Shown piece after piece: positions 53,083 through 64,000 of a stretch of DNA of 64,000 nt (position 1 is the stretch's first letter; each line of letters opens with the position of its first letter). The DNA lies in NCBI RefSeq assembly GCF_006345805.1, contig NC_043004.1:47306001-47370000 (forward strand), read 5' to 3'. The stretch is from Octopus sinensis. Its lineage: Eukaryota. The notes beneath the pieces were generated by a model that saw only the letters and a list, made by a program, of their open reading frames with translations, had not been told where the DNA came from and did no database searches. Both the position numbers and the translations under genes were made by a program.

Positions 53083-55685
53083 GGTTAACTGATATTGCAT
53101 CTAGTAATGTAAATTTTCTAAAAGCAATAAAAGTTGTTTCAATTTTTCATATGTTGTTGATATTGATAAATTTTCTTCACACGGAAAAATATAAAGCCGC
53201 TTAAATTTACTAGAGCTTTAAGTGATAGAACATTTCGTACCTTCCTCTGTTAGAAATGTAGACTAAATATTGTTGGATAACTGGAACCTAACTTTAAAAT
53301 GATATCAAGAATTTTAGTGGGGTAACATACCTAGCAGATCATTTCTTCTTTTGTATAATGCAGGTGTTTTGCAGTCCATTGAAAAAATATCAATCAGGTT
53401 TCTCTGCCTCTTAGAAAAATGGCGACCAAATTTCAATAAATCACATCATAACATATAAAAATAATGAGAAAGACAGATTGCTTAATGTACACCCAGATAT
53501 GTTGAAGAAAACCACATTATATAACATATTCTAAACTAAATTTTTCTTTCAAAAAGAATGTGATGTTCACGGCCATATCCCATTTAAAGAACGTTCTGCC
53601 CCATAAAGTAAAGCTGGAATAGATGAAAATCAATCACAAAAACAACCGTATTGATTTTATAAACTCTGAAGGAATTACATTTAGATTTATCCCAACGGTA
53701 TTTGGGATTCATTACACACTTATGGTGATGGACTGGTGTAATTGCGTCTCAGAATTTAATTGAATACTCAACAGTATCTACAAATTTACTGCCTCTCGGT
53801 GTCGCTAATTTAGATATATAATCAATTATATCATCATATTCGTCATTATCTGGTCGGGGGACATGCCGAAGTGAAAGAGACACACAGGGTTTCGTTAGCT
53901 GAATTTCACATCTACACACGCCACGATTAATGATGATAGCAGTAGTTTACTAACTGAAATGATGGATCATAGTCTTTGACAGTTTGTTGATTGTTCTTAC
54001 AAACAGCATCTTGTGATATTCGCCATTGACTCGATGCCGAAATAGTACACATCCACCATGCTACCTTTTCTGATTTCAGCGTAATCCTGTTTCGCATGGT
54101 TACTTTGTGGTAGGCTTTGCCAAACGCCACCGGTGTTTATTCACAAATCCACAGCTAACCTCTATTTACATATTGATTAACTCATACGTGGGACGCTGAG
54201 GCATATGAATAACACATCACAAAATTGTGAGATATTTATTAAGTTGGCGAGCAAGAAGATTGCTTAGTGGCATGTCGTTCGTCTTTACGTTCTGAGTTCA
54301 AATCCCAGCTGGATCGACTTTCTCTTTCACCCTCGAGGTCGATAACATGAGAACTGGTGTTGAAGTTACCGTCTAGTCCCTCTCAAAAATTTAAAGCTTT
54401 GCGCCAATTGTAGAAAGGATATATTATTAATAGAGATATACGAATACACTTTTGTCGGGAAGGCATGCTCCATTATATGGATATCGGTGTCACTTGGCTG
54501 GTAACTACGAATAAATAAAGTCAAAATTATACTTTAAGTAACTGAACTTAAACCTTAACTGTAGTTTCGTTCCTACTTGTCTGTTGTCACTTGATTTTGA
54601 TTTAAGAAAACTCTGCACGCATCAGTTGTTTGTGATATTAGTTATATTTTAGAAATAGCAAGTTTCAGCTATTGACGAAATGATTTGGAGTGCAGAGTCG
54701 TATGTAGTACGTTTCTGCACAGTAAAATGACATTTATACATCTGTTACATAATGGAGTAGCTATAACTCTCTTGCAAATCTCTTTCACTAGCATTCTCAG
54801 TAACATTTATCGGGCTTTTTCAATGACATACCAGGATATACATGCGCAACCCATGCAAGAATATATCCACATACAGCTACACAGACATTCAACACATCAG
54901 TCATGCGCGCAAGTATTGCAAAAAAATTCATAATAGTCGGTAAAATTTTTATACCCATGCATTTGTATATTCTGGCAATTATTCAGCGTGATACTACTTA
55001 AGCATTAAAGGGGCCGTGCAGTAACACGTTCTGCTCAGCGAATATTGGAGGTACTATGATATTTAACTAATAAGGAACTCTATATAGTTACGATATATAC
55101 GATTTTATAAAAAAATATTTCGTCTAAGGACGACAGGATAATAATTGCTGAGGGATATAGGATCATAAGTTATCAGTCAATATATATACCGCCTAGCGAT
55201 AATCATCTCTAAAAGTTAACATTCTGGCGAGTCTCCAAATTTACTGTAGATTGTGCTTACGGGAGAAAAAGTAAAAGAATCGTTTGATGTAATGAATTGA
55301 AATTATTAGAAAGAAGACAGTCTGAGAATAAAGATTTATCATGTATGTAGAACAGGAAATACATCAAAATGGATATATCTTCATGAATAAAGGTTTGAAA
55401 ACGAAATAATGTAGACGGAGAGGTAAAGGAAAGAAATATGATATATTTCTTTCTTATTACTATTCGTTGCTTCGCTTCTTTAAATCTTGAACATTTTCAC
55501 TGTTTTTGCTTTTTCATTTTCTATTCTTCCATTCGTTAAGTCTGCCACTATTTGTTTCTCAGTTTCTTTCTGCTTCTTGTAACTGACGGCGATTTCTTTT
55601 TCGTCTATTATGCATTTCCTTCGTTTTCTTTTAATATTTCTTTTTCTACCCTACTCTTTTTTTCTTACTTTCAACTAAAATGTGC

Positions 55686-55724
<39 letters not shown>

Positions 55725-56011
55725 CTTCACGTTAATTTATTTTCATTTCTCAAGTCGTTCGATTTTATGGACACACACATGCACACAATGTGGGAGAAAG
55801 AAAGAAAGAGATGGAAAATAAAGAAATAGTTACATAGATGACAGATAAAAAGATATGTGCGTATATATCTATAATATATACTTATATATATGTGTGTGTG
55901 CGTGTATTTATATAAGTATGTATATATATATATGAGTATATATATACATATGTATGTATATAGATATGTTTGTATATATATATGAGTATATATGCATGTA
56001 TATATATATGA

Positions 56012-56058
<47 letters not shown>

Positions 56059-57147
56059 CATACATATATATATATACTAATATATAATATATATATGTGT
56101 GTATGTATATATATATATATATTCACACTCACACATAGCATTATGCTTGCTTTGCGTTTTATAATATTCAAAGAAAGGGATATATGTTTGTGTGTGTTAT
56201 AGATAAATATATGTAAGCATGCATGTATAAAATATGTATATAGGCACGCATAAATTAGATGTGTGTAAGCGTGCTTGCGTATAGTCATATACTACCCTTA
56301 AATGCACAGATTTCAATGTAATCACATTACATGCTTTTTCTTTAAGAATATGCAAGATACCTAAGGAAATAACAGTAAGGTCCATACGAACAACTAGCAG
56401 ATTCTTTTATTTATAATTCTTTTCTTTATCATATCTGTATCATGTGTATCGATATTTTCTCAAAAGTAAAATATGAAAAAAAAAACATAACTAAAGAAAA
56501 TACAGCTTTATTTAATATCAAAATGATATTGAATAATATTTCGTATTGAAATGGTTTCTATTTCGTTAAATATTATTCAAGAACCCTTTAAGCAATTGTG
56601 CGCAGATTCCCCTATTGAAATATGTTATACGCTTGGCGTAAATCATGTATTCATAGCTCGTTTATATTTCAACGTATCGCAATGTTTTACAAGATGAATA
56701 AAAGATACCAGATCCTTGATGATGATAATATAAATGAATCGATTAAAATCGATTGAACATACGGGCCTATTCATTCGGGATTTCTTATAAGTATACACTT
56801 GTGAATTTAATATTAAATTCTTTAGAAACCTGTATGTGATTTGTATTGAACACAAGCTTACATATCACAAACGAAATTAAGAAAAATATACAAAAAATGG
56901 TATTACACATATTTTAAAATCACGTATTCTTGCCCATATATTGGTATATTCAAATTTACGGTCAAAATTATTTTTTAATAATATATCTTACGTTATATTC
57001 TTCTTCAAATATTGATAAGCGGGATTAATGTATTGCTAGCTTAATATAATTTAGCACAAATCCTTTGTGACGAGTATTCATATCAATCATTAAGATATGT
57101 TATATAGTGGATATATAGATACGTAAATCTATATATCTATCTATCTC

Positions 57148-57241
<94 letters not shown>

Positions 57242-57755
57242 TGTGTGTGAGTGCGTGTCTGTGTATGCATGTGTCTATAATACATCTCTTAGATATTCTT
57301 TGTACAGCAGAAAGTTTCTGGCACAAACTAAGACAAATGAGTATTTGAAAACAGTTTAGCGACGTTCTAAACGTATATTTCAAAATGTCATATTGCTTTA
57401 AGGACGCTATGAATCTGCGTATACATATACAGGCGCAAGCAGCTGTTTTCTACTATAGTCTTTCTACAAAGACTTGTGAGTTGACTTGGTAGAAGGAAAC
57501 TGACAGAAGCCGGTTATATATATACACACACACACATACACATACACATATATATATATATATATATATTTAAGTAGTGAATCGAAACAAAGAAGAACAA
57601 AGAAGTAAAAGCAATGCCACAAGAACGTAGTACAAGTACTGTATTATGAGAAGGTCAGTAAAAGAATGAAAGAGGAAAGACCTTCTTCAGAAATAGATGA
57701 AAATCCAAAGGAAGGGAAGGCGGAAGAAGAAGGCCGCCAACGATACACACGTGGT

Positions 57756-57825
<70 letters not shown>

Positions 57826-58368
57826 GTGTTTGCGGGACTGTGTACGTGTATATAATTAATATAAATATAAATGTAAAGTATGTGAATTAATAAATAAACA
57901 TTTGAATTTACAAACATATGTACACACACATGTATACATATATTTTTATACGTATACATAGATTAAGAATACATACATGTGTGTATGTGGGTCTGTTGAA
58001 CTTAGTACACATATAGACCAGAAAACAATATTAGATGTGTATAGAGAGGTAATAGGAACAAAAAAACAAAAACAATAAAATACAATAGTAATGTAATAAG
58101 GTTCGGTATCTTGTAGCTCTTTTTGCTGTTAGATGTGATAAATTGTGAATTCAGTCCCTCGGTTATTTTCTCACTCGTAACGTCAACATAATATAAATAT
58201 GTAATTTTCCGAAATAAAGTGCACTTGATATTCAGGGCTCCAATCAAGCTGTAGAATCTGACGATAAGACTAAACTAACAGATATAAAGTAGAGACAGCT
58301 CTAAGTTAATGAACGACATAACAGGATCTTTGCTTTTTCGGTACCTATATATGTGTGTGTGTGTGTGA

Positions 58369-58428
<60 letters not shown>

Positions 58429-58431
58429 CAC

Positions 58432-58477
<46 letters not shown>

Positions 58478-58533
58478 GTATACACACACACACACATATA
58501 CATATATATATATATATATATATAATATATATA

Positions 58534-58593
<60 letters not shown>

Positions 58594-58614
58594 GTATAAC
58601 TATACGAATACATA

Positions 58615-59679
58615 CCCAGCATGGTTTTCGACCAGGTAGGAGCTACCTGACCCAGCTCTTACAACATTATGACTGGGTGTTGAGGCAGTTACCCAACAAA
58701 TCAAATGTGGACATAATCTACCTTGATTTTGCAAAAGCTTTTGACAAGATGGATCATGGTATGATATGCCACAAACTGCATGACCTAGGCATGACTTCCT
58801 GAAAGATAGGAGTCAGGCAGTAGTGGTTAATGGAGCCACCTCTATGAACACTTAAATAGTGAGCGGTGTTCACAGGGCACTGTCTTGGGACCTCTGCTTT
58901 TTATAGTGGCCCTCTCAGATATGCCCTCAAATGCCCGGAGGGCCACTCTGGCCAGCTATGCAGACGATACGAAAGTCTCGCAGAAAATACAGAACCCCAG
59001 CGATGTTGGACACCTGCAGCAGGAGTTGGACTCAATCAACGGATGGGCTGAGTATAATACTATGCAGTTTAATGCTGAAAAATTCCGGGCCTACGCTAAG
59101 TCTGTGAGGGACCTGGGTATCGACATGAGTGATGATACCTGTTTCCAAGTGCACATTACCAGAATGGCGACAAAGTGCAGACGACTGGCTGGGTGGATCC
59201 TAAGAGCATTCAGAACCAGAGATAAGGAAACCATGATGGTCTTATGGCGGTCATTTGTCCTCAGCCGCTCACAGCTATGGTCACCCACCAGTGTAAAATT
59301 AACAGTGGACCTTGAAGCAATCCAGAGAAGATTCACAAATAAGATCGTCTCTTTGCAACAGCTAAGCTACTGGGAAATGTTGAAACAGCTAAGACTCTAC
59401 TCCCTGGAGAGAAGACGGGAGAGGTATGCAGTAATATATGTCTGGAAGATCCTGGAAGGAATTGTGCCAAATTTTAGCATTGTAAGCTACACCAATGCTA
59501 GAACGGGACGACACTGCATAGTGCCAAAGATCTCAGCAATGCCATCACGCTTCAGTACCAGCTTCTGCAACAGCCTGGATTTCAAGGGCCCACAGCTTTT
59601 TTATATTCTCCCAAAGAGTCTGAGGAACTTGCACAAAGTAGATGTAGCGGTTTTTAAATATAAGCTGGACATCAGATAG
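58615..59679 (+). pseudogene. CR1-group LINE reverse transcriptase fragment (5'-truncated, with deletions and stops)
   Basis: [29 protein letters not shown], (QGTV)LGPLLF, YADDTK, VRDLGI, LEAIQRRFT, LRLYSLERRRER. Confidence 0.9.
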
Positions 59680-59801
59680 TGGGGGGAAGTGCGCAGATGT
59701 TAAAACTAAGTAACGACTGGAAACGTAAATTTTCCCTCCAAAATTCTGCCATGCGCGCCTTCTGGGTAATCGTAATGGAATGAGGAATCCACATGGTAAT
59801 G

Positions 59802-60316
59802 CAATAAAAATGGTAAATAATTTTCCTGTGGTTTTTCATGTAACCAACAAATATTTTCCGGTAAATTTCGGTATGTAAATACGACAAATTTATTGTCAGG
59901 ACCTTTGTCAGAAGTGAGGGCCAGTGGCATTTGGTAAAGCTATCGAATATAGCGCCGATGACGGAAATCTAACTACTTTTCTATGTTTGTGATCCAGAAA
60001 CACGTGTTCGTTATTAACGGTAAGTGACTGCTTTCGTCTATTTGCTACTCCGGTTTTGTGTATGTGAACCGCACGGGCCTTCGTTTTTGGAATCTCCACT
60101 TATAGAAAATGAAAAAAACGGTCTTTGACTGCCATTTCTAATTCCTTCGGTATGAGGCGAAACAGCCTGCTGCTAGCTATCTTATTTACTTTACTATATA
60201 CTCAACCTTACAAAGGTCCTGACAATAAATTTGTCGTATTTACATACCGAAATTTACCGGTAAATAATTGTTGGTTACATGAAAAACCACAGGAAAATTA
60301 TTTACCATTTTTATTG
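59802..60316. repeat. Long foldback: ~107-bp near-perfect inverted arms (59802-59908 / 60210-60316), ~300-nt spacer
   Basis: The ORF track shows the same peptide on both strands (KGPDNKFVVFTYRNLP.N.CWLHEKPQENYLPFLL); the arms differ at only a few positions. Confidence 0.95.
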
Positions 60317-62319
60317 TATATATAAATATATATATATGTATAACTGTTTGAAGTTTCGAGTGTAAAATCACTCAATAGCATAACAGACGTTGATATTTTG
60401 GGGATTTTGGTCGATTCAGTCTTTTGCTGCACTGAATTTCGCTTGTGGTTGCACAGGATCTTGATGCAGGTTAAGATTGAGCAAATGATGGAATTCATGC
60501 GTACACAAGCTTAAAGGATTCGTGTAACAGGGTTTAATGTTGGATTGGAATTGAGATAAAAGGAAACGACAAGAAAGAGAAGGCAACATGAAATAGGCAA
60601 AAGATAAAGAAAAATAAAACAAAAGATGAGAATGACAGAACACAAAAGTAACAAAATGTAGGATAGAAAACAGAAAGAACTATCAGGATTTTGTTAGTGG
60701 GTAATGAAACAGAGTAGGCAAGTATTTGTATGCGTTCCTATGTGTTCTCATGTATATGAAGTGAGTAAAGAAGAAAGAAACAGTGAATAACAAAGAAACA
60801 TTGGTTTTATTAATGCAATTGCGTAGGCAAATGTCACAGTAGTCGATCAGTTTAATGGAAAGTTGACATATGAGTTAGTAAATGAACCTTGAGCCAGTGA
60901 AGGGGGACTTACAATGTCATTTGAAAATAAGGAAGAATAGAAGCAGTAACAGATATTGGACAGAAATAAATAACCTAAATAAATATGCAGACGTAGCGGT
61001 GTGCTAGATATTTTGTATGCCAACCACGTGTTGGAGGCACTGTTTTTCTTGGATAGACAGGTAGATAGAGCGACAGATAGATAGATAGATAGATACATAC
61101 ATACATACATACATACATACATACATACATGCATACATACATAGATATTTGTACGTGTCTTCCTCTACCACTGTTTGAAAACCGGTGTTGCTCTCCTTAC
61201 GTACTCATAATTTGAGGTGGGAGTTCTAAGGAAATTAAAGCAAGTATTCTCTTGTATATTGGTACAATGGTGATGTTAGATGGACGCATTTTAAAGTCTA
61301 TGTATATAGAAGTGCACTGTTCTAATTACTGGTGCTTTCCTATGATTTCTTTTGTTTATTTGAAGCGTAGCATGCCGGAAGAGACCGGTAGCACCGGTTT
61401 TCAAACGAATCGTTTGACCGATTCCCTTCTACGCGATGCCCCAGCATGAGTGGAGTCCATGGACTGAAACAAAAGATAAAGGCTCCGACAACTAAAGTGA
61501 ATAGAAGGAGGAAAATCAAAGTGTGCTGATGTAGAAAGTAGGGCAAATAAATTAGATAAAATAAAGGATCTCAGCAGCCGCATTGATTTGGAGTGTGAGT
61601 ATTTCAAAGGTGTGTTTGGAGTGTTTGGTAGCTTTGAAAGATATAGGAATGAAGATATTGAGGTCAGAATTAATATAATAAAGTACAATAAAAAATCTAA
61701 TAATTAAAACAGAAATATACGCTAAGGGAAAAGGACAGGAAAACAAAACATGAGGGAGAGGAACGTTTGAGAATGTTGGTGGAAATTTACAACTCTTAAA
61801 TGAACTAGTTAATTTTTTTTTTTAATTCTGTAAAGTTATTGAAAAATGTTTTAAAAATAATGAAGATATATTGCGAAATATTGAACAATTTGTCGAAGGA
61901 ATTGAGAAAATTATAAATAATAAAAATTATTAAAAATGCAAAAGAAAAACAAGAATTTGAAAGCATATAAAAATTAAAACCTAAAAGTTAAACAGATATG
62001 ATAATCGAACCTAAAGAAACGACGAACCTAAAGAAACGAAGAGAAGAAAAAAGCTTGATACTGCAAGATGAATGAGTGAATAAAGTATTGAGTAAATAAA
62101 TTGATAGGAATAATAGTGGTGATAAAAATAATTGTAATAAATTGTATAGCACATAGTAATATGAAACAGAAGTAGAGAACGGTAAACAAGCAATCGATGT
62201 GCACAGAAAGGAAGGGCACTTTTGAAAATAAGATAGCGGACGATAATGTGGTGATAAAAGATGAGCTCAAGCCGTGTGACTGAATTTTTAGATACTACCT
62301 TCAACCCAACATAATTGCA

Positions 62320-62739
62320 GGATCTTTTCGGTTTGAACGGCAGTTTTTAACATAATTTCTAGGTAACTAAAATATTTTAAACTTCGTATACTGGTAGAAT
62401 GTGTTTATAAAACATCTTTTTCTCTTGGCTTTATTGAGAAAATTCTATGGTTTGTAAGATATTTGGTAATTTTTTCTTCAATTTCTGCAATTTCAACCAA
62501 TCACTAACGTCTATTCAGGTAAAAAAACATTCCGTGCCGTATGAATATGTCCCTCGTTTAAGAAACAGATTGAGTTTATTTACATTTGTGAAGAAAAAAG
62601 ATACCCTCTCCCCTAACCCTAACTAATCCTAACCCTAAAACAGATTGAAATGCAATAGATCGATACTAGGGTCATAATTATAGGTGACAATTTCATATGA
62701 CACCGCTAGAAAAAACTGCCGTTCAACCCGAAATGAACC
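62320..62739. mobile_element. MITE (~420 bp) with 29-bp TIRs and internal CCCTAA repeats
   Basis: Left ggatcttttcggtttgaacggcagttttt versus right reverse complement ggttcatttcgggttgaacggcagttttt (26/29); ccctaaccctaactaatcctaaccctaa at 62611-62638; no clear TSD. Confidence 0.82.
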
Positions 62740-62759
62740 TTATTGGATACTTCCAGATA

Positions 62760-63350
62760 TTTAAGCGGAAATTTATGATCACCGAAAATATTTCAATGAC
62801 AAAATTCCAGGACGCTGCGTTTCAAATAAACAAGGAATCATTGGAAAGCTCCAGTAAACGAAACGGTGCCCCGCTCTATAGTTATAGCCTTAAAAATACA
62901 CCCATCTAACAAAACCAGTGTACGAATATGAAGGAAAATACTTGCTTTCACATCCATGGAACTCACACTACATTCATCAGGCTTCAGAGCTCTGCAATAA
63001 AGCTCTATAACACAGCCGAATCCGAAATAGAATAAAATGCTAAAGAGAAAAATCTAGGAGCAGTCCTAAAAATACCAAGATTAGAAATATTCTTATTAAC
63101 CACGATAAAGCACATCAGTAGATTAAAGTACTACAAACCATTCTGTTGAACATTTCCTTAATGACTATAAATTCCACATACTTTCAACAAAAACATCATT
63201 TAAGGGTTGTATATTCGATTGAAAAAAGTAGGTTTCATTTACAAACAAAATACAGAAATAGTCAATAAAGTACTGAAGCAGCTGAGAACGACGCACAATT
63301 ACACAAACGTAGAATTAGGCCCAATTAAATATAATAATCTTCAGAGAAAC
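62760..63350 (+). pseudogene. Possible highly decayed AP-endonuclease region of an RTE-like LINE
   Basis: Traces resembling RNG..L, EGK...F and (D)YI(L)IR in the expected order on an A-rich strand; needs several frameshifts. Confidence 0.3.
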
Positions 63351-63514
63351 GCGAGGTTTTGCAAGTAAGACATAACGATTCAATATAATGCTTGCACAAA
63401 ATTCTGATGTTCATCTGCTACAGCTGCACTTATGCACACGCACACAAACATGCGCATGTTAGAGTATGTGTGTGCCTGTGGGTGTGTGTGCGTGTCTAGC
63501 TTTGTATGTGTGGG

Positions 63515-63548
<34 letters not shown>

Positions 63549-63565
63549 GTGTGTGTGTATATATA

Positions 63566-63974
63566 TACTCTTTTACTCTTTTACTTGTTTCAGTCATTTG
63601 ACTGTGGCCATGCTGGTGCACCGCCTTTAGTCGAATAGATCGACCCCAGGACTTATTCTTGGTAAGCCTAGTACTTATTCTATCGGTCTCTTTGGCCGAA
63701 ACGTTAAGTTATTGGGACGTAAACACACTTTCAAGCGATGTTGGGGGGACAAACACAGACATACAAACATGCACACACATACGCATATATATATATATAT
63801 ATACATATAAACGACGGTCTTCTCTTAGTTTCCGTCTACCAAATCCACTCACAAGGCATTGGTCGGCCCGTGGCTACAGTAGAAGTCACTTGACCCAGGT
63901 GCCACGCAGTGGGACTGAACCCGGAACCATGTGGTTCGTAAGCAAGGTACTTACCACAGAGCCATTCCTACGCC
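63566..63974 (-). mobile_element. tRNA-derived SINE, family A
   Basis: Reverse complement of the 21770-22170 family, including the tactcttttactctttt tail. Confidence 0.9.
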
Positions 63975-64000
63975 TATGTATATATATATATATATATATA

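Noticed and set aside
61370-61480. Hammerhead-like hairpins (gaagag-accgg-tagca-ccggt)
   Set aside because: Better explained as a diverged family A SINE tail (gagaccg...ccagcatg...gactgaaac); the core boxes are absent.
61550-62280. Possible Penelope N-terminal coding remnant
   Set aside because: A-rich low-complexity sequence with no diagnostic motif.

Overview
This is an AT-rich, microsatellite-dense animal window. The SINE and simple-repeat landscape suggests an octopod cephalopod (inference). I could not support any host protein-coding exon, tRNA/rRNA gene or CRISPR array; almost all short ORFs in the track are translated microsatellites. The recognisable content is transposon-derived: (1) a near full-length R4/Dong-like RLE non-LTR element in a (TAA)n tract, plus two 3' fragments of other RLE families; (2) a decayed Tx1/L1-like element lying head-to-tail with an ORF1-only relative; (3) a DD36E Tc1 pseudogene; (4) a 5'-truncated Penelope-like element (PLE; RT + GIY-YIG, Naiad-like) with a downstream hammerhead-like motif; (5) a CR1-type RT fragment, a solo LTR, a Helitron helicase remnant, a MITE with internal telomeric repeats, and many tRNA-derived SINEs. 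The most notable pattern is five mutually unrelated long foldback (inverted-repeat) elements, at 25.6, 28.8, 38.1, 48.1 and 59.8 kb. Four carry intact or degenerate minimal type-I hammerhead ribozyme motifs. The conservative reading is inverted Penelope pseudo-LTRs; a non-autonomous ribozyme-bearing foldback element class is the more speculative one. All alignments and folds were done by eye, and coordinates of decayed elements are approximate.
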